DNA from: Candidatus Poseidoniales archaeon
GTDB taxonomy: Archaea > Thermoplasmatota > Poseidoniia > Poseidoniales > Poseidoniaceae
Reading direction: 5' to 3'
Length of the DNA stretch: 63,291 nucleotides
Assembly (NCBI GenBank): GCA_012959275.1
Contig: DUDM01000055.1
Location: 1-63,291, forward strand
In this document: positions 48,549 through 58,550 of the stretch, piece by piece
Layout: every line of letters starts with the position of its first letter
How positions within the stretch are numbered: position 1 is the first letter of the stretch
Notes under the pieces: generated by a model
What the model was told of the DNA's origin: nothing
What the model saw: only the letters and a program-made list of their open reading frames with translations
Databases searched by the model: none
Translations under genes and position numbers: made by a program

Positions 48549-51500
48549 TTCAATGAATCCGAGTTGCTCTCCTGCGGGTCCGCAAGTTCTGATCTGGCTT
48601 TGGTAATGTGGACAGTTGTTGCATTCCTCTGCTTCTTTTCCAGATAAGCGCGGTGCTGCTTCTTCGCCAACTTCGAGTACTTTCATTTCTGCCATTTTGG
48701 TTAATAATCTCATCAATTCATGGCGGTCTTCTTTCATTGATTTTTCATCTCCTGCAATTAGTCGGCCATTAGCAGAAACTTGTAATGCTGGAGGTAATAT
48801 TTGCCGCCGTTCCGATTCAAGTTTGCTATATTCAATACTCTCTAAAGCCAATGAGTAAAGGGCCAGTTGCATTCTATGTTCTGACAATAGATGTTCTTCA
48901 GGAGTAGTCATTTCTTGCCCCATATTAGGGATTCTTTGCAAGGGACTTCCCTTCTCAGGGTTGAGTGGGTCGAAGCGATTACCGCAACCTCGAGTCTTCA
49001 AATCCACGACTAAGTATGCACCTGTACCATCTTCCTTTCCAAGTGCCAAAACCAAATCTATTCTACCGGTTAGGCTTGTAATCACTGCATCCAACATGGC
49101 TTTTGGAATAGGCCCATGGGGAGTCCATGTGTGAAGAAGTAAATCGCTATTGCTAACAAGCCCAAGGTCAAATGGCATTTCTGTTCTCAGGCCTTCAACT
49201 TTCCACTCACCATAATGACCTGTTTTACAGGCGCTTCCTAATTCGCCATCAAGTAATAATGTTGCAAGTTCCCTCAAGCGTTGAGTGGTAATTTTTTCAT
49301 CCCATTCGCCATTTGAATACTCTCCAATTACTTGTTTTATCACATCATTATCGAGCAATCTGTTTTCCGAAGTATTTCTCCAATCAGATGGAATTGCTGT
49401 TGTCGACAGAATTTCAATTGCTGGATTTGCTAAGCCAATTTCAATCAATCTATGGAATAATGTCCCAAGCGTTGCTGCATCTGGCAACCCCGTGTTGAAT
49501 TGGGTTATTGGGTGAGGTAATAATGGTTCAGAGGGCCAAGCCATCTGGTCTTCTAGCCAATGTCTACGGATGCATTTTGAAGCTGTATCAACAGCCGATG
49601 GAGCAAATCTCACCCTTCGACGGCGGATTACAACTGCTTGCGGCTCCTCAGGCACAGCAGAAATTAATGCAGACTCATGCATTCTAATTCTCGGTAAAAG
49701 CCCTTGCTCGCCAACTTCATTTGTCATGAAACAATCTGGATGATGGTAAAGAGTGAAGCGCGGCATTCCTTCAAGGCCAATACCTGAATCGGAGCGCAGT
49801 GATGCTGGGTTAAGGAATAAAGTTCGTTCTGGCGACCCAGGACCTAGCATTTGTTGCTCATTATCATTAGGTAGTAGCCAAGGGGAGTATTCCACTTCAT
49901 TTCTGATGGCGCAGGCTCTTAGCGCATCCAAAAACATAGTACCCATGCTTCTTCTTGCTCCTGGTTTATGTTTGCTCTGAATCATTCCTCCCTCAGAAAA
50001 AGTAGTTGTTCCAGGGTTTCCTACCAATATCAAATGTGATTTCACTCTGGTCATTGAAACATAGAGTAGTCTACGAACTTCTGCCTCGCTTTGAGCATGT
50101 AAAAGTGATTCTGCCAATAACCAGAGACCGTGTTCTGAAAGACTCCCTGAACGCCAAGGTTTAGCTCTCCCCGTAATCAGTTCTGGAGTTACAATCAAAT
50201 GATTTCTAGTAGTATTAGACACAGATCTAATTCCTGCAGAGAATATTCCTGCAATCACTACAACCTTGGCTTGTAATCCCTTTGATGCGTGAATTGTCAT
50301 CAATCGAACACAGCCACCTAAGGCGGGAGTTTTGGCGGCGGGGCCATCTTTTCCTAGTGCTAGTAGTTTTTCAAGATGTGAATTTATTCTACTCACGTCT
50401 CCACCCAACCTTTGTCGTAAATCCCTAACCAAATCCAAAAACATCTCAATTTCATTTCTTGCGGATGCTTCAGGGTGAGCGAGTAAGAGGTCGGAATGGT
50501 CAACCGCTTCCTGTAATGCCTCGAGTACTGTACCGGCCCGAGAATGTTGTTGCCATCGTTGCAATAACTCCCTTTCTGTATCATGATTTGCAACCTCGAT
50601 GAGAGCATCTAGTGGGTTTTTATCTCCAATATTCTCAAGTGCTGATGTTAGTCTTAGGTCATCCCATCCCAACAAAGTTGAGCGGGCCAATGCAACTACA
50701 AAATCACGTCTTTTTGAATCTGAAATTACAGCAACAAGGTTTCTCAATGCTCTGACTGAGGGGCGTTTTAGCAATGGTCCCATTTTATCCGCAGTGGCAG
50801 GAACTCCCCATGCTTCAAGGCGACCCATCAAATCATCAAGGTGAGTTCTTGTCGGCAATAGTACCAAGATATCCTCAGCAGCAACTCTCTCAATTATCGG
50901 CAAATGTACCCAAGTTGCTTCGGCTTCAGGTTGAGGAGAAGAGATTTGAGTTCCAAGACCATTGATTAGACAATGCAATCTTTGAGCAATCATCTCATTT
51001 TCAAGGTGGGATGACTTGGCTCTTGGTGAAGTAAAGGCATCCAAAGGATTCTCAAAGTCTATACCGGGGTCTCCCTGAGAAACTGGAATTGGCAGTAACC
51101 ATTCCAAGTTCCCACATTTTTCATGGTGGTGGGGCACTAAAGTCTGGGCTCTTGCATACCAATCTCCTTCCAAGCCATGATGTCGTGGGGAGAAAATGTC
51201 TTCACATAGTGAATTGATGGTGTTCAATAATCCTCCATCAGTTCGATGATTTCGGGATAAATCAATGTGGCCTTCGGACCTTGCTAAGGTCGTCTCGCTG
51301 TTTGAAATACTGCCGTCGTCCTCTAAATCGTACCTCCACCAAGAATATTGGTGTTTAGAATCAGATGACTCATAGGAATCTGCTGTAACGAATGTGGCTG
51401 AATCCTTCCAACCTCCTCCGCGGGGGCGGGTGTCTCTGCTTCTTTCTGCGGGCCTCAAATCCGCTATTCTTGTTTCATTTGTTGCTTCATCGCGGTTAAT

Positions 51501-53396
51501 TCTGCGAACTTGATGAATTGCATTTCGCATGACACTAACCTGAGCCTGACGGAATCGGTAGATACTCTGTTTCACATCTCCAACCAAACAAATTGTGGGT
51601 TCCCAGTCTCCACAGGGCGGTTCTGGGTCATCTGGTTGGGCCTCTCTTCTACCCCATAATCTAGCTAATAAACGCCATTGTTGGGGGTTCGTATCTTGAA
51701 ATTCGTCTATAATGAAGGCACGATACTTTCGCCTAAGTCTTTTGACTAATGCCAACCTCATCTCAAGGTCAAGAACTGCTTTTGGCTCTGAAGTCTCGCA
51801 TAATAATGCCCTACGAATATGTACATCTGACCATGGCTCATCAGTCATAGAATCGAGTTCATCCACCATTTGGCGCGGATACCATGTACGACAAACATCA
51901 GGGCATCTTGAAAGTAACAAGTCCTCGGCTAGGCGTTGCATATCCGAGTGGTCATGGATTCCACTTCTGCGTTTCATCTGGCTTCTAATCATTCGAATTG
52001 CTTCCAGCACTCTGAACATATCTTCGACTTGTAGAACTTGCATTTCCCCTGCCATTCGTGGGCTGTCTTCAGGGGCAGAAGAAGGTAGTTCTGAAATTAC
52101 TCTTGGATTCATTTTTGAGCCGATTGGGGCGGGATTTCTGAGCGCCGAGGTATCGAATAATGCCGCCGAACGGGCTACTACTCGGAGGCGTAATCCTTGT
52201 GGTGTTGAAAGAATATTACGAATTGTTTCTGCAGCATTTTCCGCGGCAGATTTTACTGCGTCTCTTGAGGATGCGCTGACCTTTCCCCATGCCTGAATTC
52301 CTGCACCCCAGCCTGTTGCTGCAGCACCTTTTGGTGGTTGCCCCTTAGGCAAAATAACAGGTGAAGGAGATAAATATTGAGCCATAGAAGTCATTGAAAT
52401 TAATAGATGGTGGAGCCAAAGTAAAGCGCTCCAATTACCGGCATCAACAGGAATATTGAGTAATTCATCTATGGCCCGAATTCGGCTATCTTCAGCTAAT
52501 CCTTCACCGAGTTTCAATGCTGAAGATTGCCCTCTGATTACATCCATCCATTCATGAGCAGCAGCACGAATTGCAGGGATTAGTGCATCTGCTTCAGGAG
52601 TTAAAGACCTCAACATTTCCATGCTGGTTTGTAATCCATCATCCCCTGCATGTGAAAACCAAGCATTTTCTGCTTCTTCAACGAATAGAGTTTGTCCAAT
52701 CAAGCCATTAATGACAATTGCAGCGGTTTTCCTTCCTCCCATCATCAACGCCAATCTATCTCGAGATTGCAACATGCTGAGAATATCGCCTGTCATACCC
52801 GCGTCCAAAGCGTCAAATTCACTTTGTAAAGACCAAAACAGACTGATTGCTGAATCATTAAGCATCGGTCCATCTTCTTCAGACATAGTTTCAGAGGCAT
52901 GCACATCAGAGACCAGCGATAAATGAGGTGCAACTAGGCGTGAAAGGAAACTATCGATCGTTCCAATCGGGGCACTATCGAGTAATGACATCAATTGTTC
53001 AACAAATCCAGGTTTACGTAAACGTGGGTCAAATCGGCTTTCAGGGTCTCCATCCAAGGTGGAAGCAAGGCTGGCAAGGATAGAACGAATTCGTTCTTTT
53101 AATTCGGCAGCCGCCTTTACTGTGAAAGTGATAGCAACACACTCTGGTGGTAATAATCCGCCCCATTCCTCCAATTCTTGTTGCTGATTCCGAGGAATTC
53201 TAAGAGCGCCTTGACCTGAGTGGGCTTCACGCGGACCCATTGGTAAGAGACGGCTGGCACGTTGATCTTCACTAAGAATATGCTCAATATAACGAACTGA
53301 CATTACGGTGGTCTTTCCTGTACCCGCTCCGGCATCCAAAACCAAATGTCTGTCAAGGTCCAAGCCATGACATTGACTACGATTAAGGGGTATCAT
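48522..53396 (-). CDS. addA: AddA-like UvrD/SF1A helicase with C-terminal RecB/Cas4-like nuclease
   Basis: AGAGTGKTT, ITFTVKAA, IDEFQDTN, VGDVKQSIYRFR, NHRT, MTIHASKGLQ, LLYVSMTR; nuclease GRIDL...VDLKT...QLALY. Confidence 0.85.
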   Translation of the reverse strand: MIPLNRSQCHGLDLDRHLVLDAGAGTGKTTVMSVRYIEHILSEDQRASRLLPMGPREAHSGQGALRIPRNQQQELEEWGGLLPPECVAITFTVKAAAELKERIRSILASLASTLDGDPESRFDPRLRKPGFVEQLMSLLDSAPIGTIDSFLSRLVAPHLSLVSDVHASETMSEEDGPMLNDSAISLFWSLQSEFDALDAGMTGDILSMLQSRDRLALMMGGRKTAAIVINGLIGQTLFVEEAENAWFSHAGDDGLQTSMEMLRSLTPEADALIPAIRAAAHEWMDVIRGQSSALKLGEGLAEDSRIRAIDELLNIPVDAGNWSALLWLHHLLISMTSMAQYLSPSPVILPKGQPPKGAAATGWGAGIQAWGKVSASSRDAVKSAAENAAETIRNILSTPQGLRLRVVARSAALFDTSALRNPAPIGSKMNPRVISELPSSAPEDSPRMAGEMQVLQVEDMFRVLEAIRMIRSQMKRRSGIHDHSDMQRLAEDLLLSRCPDVCRTWYPRQMVDELDSMTDEPWSDVHIRRALLCETSEPKAVLDLEMRLALVKRLRRKYRAFIIDEFQDTNPQQWRLLARLWGRREAQPDDPEPPCGDWEPTICLVGDVKQSIYRFRQAQVSVMRNAIHQVRRINRDEATNETRIADLRPAERSRDTRPRGGGWKDSATFVTADSYESSDSKHQYSWWRYDLEDDGSISNSETTLARSEGHIDLSRNHRTDGGLLNTINSLCEDIFSPRHHGLEGDWYARAQTLVPHHHEKCGNLEWLLPIPVSQGDPGIDFENPLDAFTSPRAKSSHLENEMIAQRLHCLINGLGTQISSPQPEAEATWVHLPIIERVAAEDILVLLPTRTHLDDLMGRLEAWGVPATADKMGPLLKRPSVRALRNLVAVISDSKRRDFVVALARSTLLGWDDLRLTSALENIGDKNPLDALIEVANHDTERELLQRWQQHSRAGTVLEALQEAVDHSDLLLAHPEASARNEIEMFLDLVRDLRQRLGGDVSRINSHLEKLLALGKDGPAAKTPALGGCVRLMTIHASKGLQAKVVVIAGIFSAGIRSVSNTTRNHLIVTPELITGRAKPWRSGSLSEHGLWLLAESLLHAQSEAEVRRLLYVSMTRVKSHLILVGNPGTTTFSEGGMIQSKHKPGARRSMGTMFLDALRACAIRNEVEYSPWLLPNDNEQQMLGPGSPERTLFLNPASLRSDSGIGLEGMPRFTLYHHPDCFMTNEVGEQGLLPRIRMHESALISAVPEEPQAVVIRRRRVRFAPSAVDTASKCIRRHWLEDQMAWPSEPLLPHPITQFNTGLPDAATLGTLFHRLIEIGLANPAIEILSTTAIPSDWRNTSENRLLDNDVIKQVIGEYSNGEWDEKITTQRLRELATLLLDGELGSACKTGHYGEWKVEGLRTEMPFDLGLVSNSDLLLHTWTPHGPIPKAMLDAVITSLTGRIDLVLALGKEDGTGAYLVVDLKTRGCGNRFDPLNPEKGSPLQRIPNMGQEMTTPEEHLLSEHRMQLALYSLALESIEYSKLESERRQILPPALQVSANGRLIAGDEKSMKEDRHELMRLLTKMAEMKVLEVGEEAAPRLSGKEAEECNNCPHYQSQIRTCGPAGEQLGFIESDLAADND

Positions 53397-56300
53397 AGGA
53401 AACCCCCTGAAAATAATTCATCCAAACCACATGCAGATGTTACTGGGCAAAATCCACAAGAGGACGAGGAAGGTGTTGGATGGACCGCTCCTGATTCGGC
53501 TGCTTCGATTGTCCGACCTGAGACTTCCAAGCGGTGCCTAAGCCAAGCTCTGAATGGTATACTAACTAAATCATCAGGGGATTCATCACGTCTTCTATGT
53601 AATGGTTCAACATGTTTAGTTTCTTCATCCATTGCCATTTCTGAAATTGCTTTAACTGATTCATCAACTTCGAGCCAATGATTTGTCTCTTCACCAACTT
53701 CAGTTACTCCAATCGCAATAACTCGGTCTCCTGGATTGGCTATTTCCCATGCTCTTGCATAAAGCGCCAATTGAACCTCTTCAAGGATTCCACGTTTGTG
53801 GCGTTTTCCGCCATCACCGCTTTTTGGGCCTTCAATAGTTTTCAATTCACGGATGATAATATGGCGTAAAGAAAGGTCTTCATCATCAGCATCCAAATCT
53901 AATGGAACTATTTCCTTTTTACCTCCTTTTCTAGTCCAACCATCATCTTGGGGTACAACTTCAATCCGGTCAATTCTCCCTGAAATGCTGAAATTCCAAC
54001 TTCCCTCAATTCCTTTTAGTTCCGGAACTTCAATACTTAAACGGCTTCCTTTGTGTGTTTTTACATCCCATTCAAGAGAGAGAATCCCTGTCTCAGAGAT
54101 TTCCATTTCCCTGCGAATCAGGGCTCCAAGTCTGCCTGCAAGCATGACCGGGGATGGCTCACAATCCTCCCAACTTCGTAATTCTTCCAATTCTAAACCG
54201 AGCATACTTTTTCTTCTGTGGGAAGCAACTGCATCTTCTCGAGATAACCAAGGGGCGATAGATAATGCATGAGAAAGGGCGATTGCCATCACTTCTTCAA
54301 GACTCATCCCTACGGACGAAAGGGTTGGATGAATCATCAAATCATTCATTTCTCCAACTTCGAATCCCATCACTTCAGCCATTGTCAAAGTCAAGACATC
54401 GTGGACTAATATTCCTCTCAACCTACCATCCATATCGTCTTCAAGTTGGTCTGGAGAAGATGCTTTTAGGCGGTGTTTTAACCAACCTTTCCGAGGGCAA
54501 TCCAGCCAATCATGCAATCTAGACGCAGACCAGCGTAATGCTGATCTTTGCTCTGCTAAATTATGGCCAGCACGAGAATCGATGGACTCGACTTGAAGAG
54601 CGGACGGGTGCAAAGGTCGAATATCGACACTGGGAGTTCGCCTTCCACCTCCATGTGACTTGCCAATTACCGGCCATGTAGGGTTACTTCGGGGTTCTGG
54701 AACATCATCTGGTATTTTCCAATTATTGAGTAAATTCAAATCTTCTTTGCTCAACAGGGCTGAAATTTCTTCACTGTTGAGATAATTGCCTTCAGGATTT
54801 TTTGGCCTTCTCAAATTTCTCTCTTCCATCAAATGCTTTTGCCACCTCATCATGGCTGCACCTTGAACAACCTCACCGGTTTGTTTGCCTTGCAATGCTG
54901 CAAGGCCATTTGATTGTCTTAAATCTCTAAATCTTGTGCCATTGATACATAGGTTAAAGTTCCCATTTTTATGTTGTTCAATAGTTGTTGGAGCACTAGC
55001 AATTCCTTGAATGGACTCAGAAAATTCAACCCATTTCCAACCAGTGATAGGTTGGCCTTCATCGATTAAATAAACGGGAGGAGAGAGCCATTGTTGACGC
55101 TTTTCTTTACCAACCTCATCTAAAATTTCAGCCCAGTGTGTACCTGGGGGGTTTGATTCGATAATCGAAGTGTCGAGAACCAAAACTTCTGCAGCTGCTG
55201 CCAAAGCACTGCGGATTAAGTGTCGAGAAGAGCGCATCGCAGCATCGGGCCTCGCAACTCCTAATCTCAATCTATCATCAAGGTCCATCCATGGCACGAT
55301 TGGACTGGAAACTGGCCATGCAGTTGCAGAAGTACCACAAAGAATCAACAAATCAGCATTACAGCCGAGCGCTTGAGCGGGCGTCAAAACTCGAAGTAAG
55401 GCATCTTCAATACGTGGATTAGGTAATGACAAACCTTCCATGATACAAATTAATGCTTCCTTAGCCTCAATACCACTTAATTCTTCAAGCGATGGCAGAA
55501 TATTTGCGCTGCGTGCAACTGCATCCAATAATGAACGTAACGCCCCCGCTTCAGCAGGATTAACCGATAATATCTGTTGCCAGTCTGTCCAATGAATTAG
55601 GCTTGAAAACCAATCAACAATATTTGTTGCTTTACTTGGTAATGGTAAGATTTGTCTACTTGCACACCCTAGTAACTCATCTCCTTGTAAGGCAGATAAT
55701 GAATATTCATCAAGCCAAGGGCTTAACCTATTGGCCATGCATAACAACCACCATTGGGTCTCTTCGCGAGCTTGACGCCTTTCTTCAACCGGTATCCATG
55801 GGTGTTCAAATCTTGCTTCAGATAGGGCCCTTAGCCACTGACTCATCGCATGTGGCCCACCTCTGATATGCAGTCCGTGGGCCACTTCTTCGAGTAAATC
55901 TAAATGGGGCCTTGGTTGCCAATCTGAGTTTACAGGATGAGAATAATCACCAAACCAACCACTAGAAATTGGAAATCCATTTGTGGCTTCTACAAGGATG
56001 TTTTCAGGGGCCCAAGAATTATCTCCCTGTCCAATACTTACCAAGCGACTCAAGGAATGAACAAGGGGGCTGGAAAGAATATTTTCAACCTGTTTAGGAA
56101 CTATCCATCCTCCTTCAGATAGAATTTCATCCCATCTACTTTGGTTTCGGTTTGCATCCCCATCAACGATAATTATCTTCTCAGTTGGATTATAATCGGA
56201 AGATTTTGACCTTGCATCAAGAATTGAAAGTACAGTTGTAATCTCGTCTACTCCTTCATCGATTAATATTCTGTGAGTCCTTCTTTGCTCCAAAGATTCC

Positions 56301-57118
56301 GTAGTAGGTAAGTGAATAGGCATCCAATCAGGTAGGTCTCCCTGATTTCGACATGCTTCGATATCTTCAATCAATGCTCCATGCATACCCAATCTGAAAG
56401 AACCGGAATGCACTAGTTGGTGAATAGGGACAAGGGTTGAAATGGTTCTAAGTAACTGTAAATCCTCTTTTGATAGGGTTGGCTCATGGTTGAGCATAAT
56501 GATTCCAGATAAGTTCGCCAGAGAGAAGGGGGGATTATTCAAACCCTGTAATATTCTACTCAAATGGTGTTTTGAAAGCCGAGGATGGGTGCGTCCATGT
56601 TTTTCTTCAATTTTCAATAGCAAGTTATGGAATTCAATCGCACCTGGGTCTGCATCCCAAGAGCCCAAGGCTGCTGATTGTAATAAGTGAGAATGTAGTA
56701 AAGCCAAGCGTTTTGTTCGACTAATATACCAAGTTCTCTCGACATCTGGATGGATAAGTGGAAAACCCAGTTTGGAGGCGCTCCTTGAAATCTCTTCATG
56801 TTCCAAAAGAGTTAGTAATCCATCCTCGGGGAATGATCTTGGCATTCTTAAATCTGACATTAATAACTCGACTAAACTACTGATGGTCTGGTGGTCAAGT
56901 GGGTCAACGACGTGACCATCCAATCGGCCACCGCGCGCTAGGTCGACAAGGGTTTGCTTGCGAGAAGACTCGTTGGCGTGAATAATCATTATCCTACTTT
57001 CACCTTCAGCAGATTGCTTGGTAAGGGATTCTCTCAACCATTCAGGAATACCTCCGCCGGCCGGTACATGCTCCAGTGTCAACCTCATCATGCTGGACTC
57101 AATGGCTTGCTGTCTCAT
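53393..57118 (-). CDS. addB: AddB-like protein with C-terminal PD-(D/E)xK nuclease and Fe-S Cys motif
   Basis: WSASRLHDWLDCPRKGWL, RGILVH, GRIDRIE, RELKT, QLALYA, CGFCPVTSAC; 4-nt overlap with addA-like gene. Confidence 0.75.
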   Translation of the reverse strand: MRQQAIESSMMRLTLEHVPAGGGIPEWLRESLTKQSAEGESRIMIIHANESSRKQTLVDLARGGRLDGHVVDPLDHQTISSLVELLMSDLRMPRSFPEDGLLTLLEHEEISRSASKLGFPLIHPDVERTWYISRTKRLALLHSHLLQSAALGSWDADPGAIEFHNLLLKIEEKHGRTHPRLSKHHLSRILQGLNNPPFSLANLSGIIMLNHEPTLSKEDLQLLRTISTLVPIHQLVHSGSFRLGMHGALIEDIEACRNQGDLPDWMPIHLPTTESLEQRRTHRILIDEGVDEITTVLSILDARSKSSDYNPTEKIIIVDGDANRNQSRWDEILSEGGWIVPKQVENILSSPLVHSLSRLVSIGQGDNSWAPENILVEATNGFPISSGWFGDYSHPVNSDWQPRPHLDLLEEVAHGLHIRGGPHAMSQWLRALSEARFEHPWIPVEERRQAREETQWWLLCMANRLSPWLDEYSLSALQGDELLGCASRQILPLPSKATNIVDWFSSLIHWTDWQQILSVNPAEAGALRSLLDAVARSANILPSLEELSGIEAKEALICIMEGLSLPNPRIEDALLRVLTPAQALGCNADLLILCGTSATAWPVSSPIVPWMDLDDRLRLGVARPDAAMRSSRHLIRSALAAAAEVLVLDTSIIESNPPGTHWAEILDEVGKEKRQQWLSPPVYLIDEGQPITGWKWVEFSESIQGIASAPTTIEQHKNGNFNLCINGTRFRDLRQSNGLAALQGKQTGEVVQGAAMMRWQKHLMEERNLRRPKNPEGNYLNSEEISALLSKEDLNLLNNWKIPDDVPEPRSNPTWPVIGKSHGGGRRTPSVDIRPLHPSALQVESIDSRAGHNLAEQRSALRWSASRLHDWLDCPRKGWLKHRLKASSPDQLEDDMDGRLRGILVHDVLTLTMAEVMGFEVGEMNDLMIHPTLSSVGMSLEEVMAIALSHALSIAPWLSREDAVASHRRKSMLGLELEELRSWEDCEPSPVMLAGRLGALIRREMEISETGILSLEWDVKTHKGSRLSIEVPELKGIEGSWNFSISGRIDRIEVVPQDDGWTRKGGKKEIVPLDLDADDEDLSLRHIIIRELKTIEGPKSGDGGKRHKRGILEEVQLALYARAWEIANPGDRVIAIGVTEVGEETNHWLEVDESVKAISEMAMDEETKHVEPLHRRRDESPDDLVSIPFRAWLRHRLEVSGRTIEAAESGAVHPTPSSSSCGFCPVTSACGLDELFSGGFL

Positions 57119-57345
57119 CTTGATTCCACCGGAGTTAACATTACTGTTGATGGGGGTACTTGAACACTACTGATAGTTGCCACTCTGGTTGTAATTTGTT
57201 GTTTGTTTTTACTTACATATTGTTTTCTCGTGGTTGGTAATGGCGTGTAATATTATATCCCTCTGATTATACGCATAAGCGCGTACATAGTTACTAAGTG
57301 ATGAAAAAATTATGCCGGATAACCGTGTAATAAGTGACCGGGGAT

Positions 57346-57358
57346 AGAAAGGTTTAAG
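57346..57358 (+). promoter_or_regulatory. BRE-TATA promoter (AGAAAGG-TTTAAG) facing the TFB-like gene
   Basis: Purine-rich BRE directly followed by TTTAAG, matching the archaeal consensus. Confidence 0.6.
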
Positions 57359-57403
57359 CACCATGGGCAACCATCATCTAAATCGGCGTGGAACGGGAAC
57401 TGC

Positions 57404-57482
57404 GAGGAAGTGGAATAGAAACGGGTGGTGTTCAGTTTTGTTTAATTTAACTGAACATCTGTGTTAGAAATTCCACTTATTC
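57404..57482 (+). other. Long imperfect hairpin in the putative 5' leader of the TFB-like gene
   Basis: Nested inverted repeats TGTTCAGTT (57429-37)/AACTGAACA (57449-57) and AAGTGGAAT (57408-16)/ATTCCACTT (57470-78). Confidence 0.55.
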
Positions 57483-57521
57483 TGGTTGAACGAATCATGT
57501 GGAAAAAATGGTGGTAAAATA

Positions 57522-58511
57522 ATGGAAAATAAGTGTAGTGAATGTTCTTCCATCCTCGTCGAGGATGGAATAAATGGAGAATATGTATGTAAGAAATGTG
57601 GGCTCGTGTATAACGAATCCGCCTTGGACATGCAAGATAAATCATCGGTATTTGGAGATGCTTCGCACTCTCAAGTCGGTGGCCGAAGTCGAATGGCAGA
57701 GTCGGCAATGGAAGGTACTACCTTCAATCCAAGAGAAAAGGGTATTGACAAAGCCTTCTGGTCAAGAATGAATAGATATCAAACTCGCACTCGCCGAGGA
57801 CGCGAATGCTTTGCAGACAAAGTCATGGAACATGTGCGCTCGCTGTGCTTAGGGAGTGACGTCGAATCTGCCGCCCGTGCCGTGGTGGAGGCAACACTAA
57901 TCGCCCAACATGATGAGGCAGAGAAAAGGTTGGGAAACCTTCCTCTAAATGAGTTGCGAGTCATTCAAGAAAAAACCCGAATAGAAAGAGAGCAAACTGC
58001 CGCCATCGCCGCTATCATCACAGCTTCATCGATGGGGTTGATTAGTCCCTGCAGAATCACCTCACTCACTCAAGGTTGGAATATTGAAAAAGAGCACTAT
58101 AACGAATTAGCCAAGCGCATGAAGCAACGCATCACCCGCATGAGAGGATTAGGTCGAATATCATTCGTCCCTCCTCAACGTCCTTCAATGGCTCGAAAGG
58201 CATCAATAAATGATGCCATATCCTTAATCAGACAAGAACTGCAAGAAGAAGCGGGCTTAGCCAATCAAGTTGTAAAAGACATCATCAGCGGATGTTTGCG
58301 AGTTCTAACTAACTTCGGAGAACCAGAAGTAGATAGTTCCCTACCCAACGAGAGACCTGATATGTTAGTCGCAGTCATCGCAAAACAAGTGATGAATGAT
58401 TTGGGAGTTCGTGGTCACAACCGCCGAATTGCCACCGCATTGGGGCTATCACCAGGAGGGGTCTCTCAAAGATTCCGAGATTTGAAAGAGCTCTTAGAAC
58501 TATTATCCTAA
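57522..58511 (+). CDS. Divergent transcription initiation factor IIB (TFB) paralogue
   Basis: Zn ribbon CSEC...GEYVCKKCGLV; cyclin-like helical core; C-terminal HTH RRIATALGLSPGGVSQRFRDL; B-reader EWRAF motif absent; ATG 57522. Confidence 0.75.
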   Translation: MENKCSECSSILVEDGINGEYVCKKCGLVYNESALDMQDKSSVFGDASHSQVGGRSRMAESAMEGTTFNPREKGIDKAFWSRMNRYQTRTRRGRECFADKVMEHVRSLCLGSDVESAARAVVEATLIAQHDEAEKRLGNLPLNELRVIQEKTRIEREQTAAIAAIITASSMGLISPCRITSLTQGWNIEKEHYNELAKRMKQRITRMRGLGRISFVPPQRPSMARKASINDAISLIRQELQEEAGLANQVVKDIISGCLRVLTNFGEPEVDSSLPNERPDMLVAVIAKQVMNDLGVRGHNRRIATALGLSPGGVSQRFRDLKELLELLS

Positions 58512-58550
58512 GACTGCGACCATTGAAGAAGGAGTGGCCTTTGGCTTGCC

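Noticed and set aside
51712-52296. 194-aa + strand ORF
   Set aside because: Antisense shadow inside the addA-like gene
48522-57118. Cas4/CRISPR or restriction-system interpretation of the Fe-S PD-(D/E)xK domains
   Set aside because: Domains are fused to a full SF1A helicase and an AddB-like body; no cas1, array or methyltransferase partner of R-M type
57363-57467. 34-codon ORF (MGNHHLNRRG...) in the TFB leader region
   Set aside because: Its ATG is only 4 nt after the TATA box, so it would not be transcribed from that promoter; no SD
57119-57521. RNase P RNA, SRP RNA or tRNA in the large intergenic gap
   Set aside because: Too AT-rich; no GAGGAAAGUCC-type P4, SRP helix 8 or cloverleaf/TPsiC motif recognised
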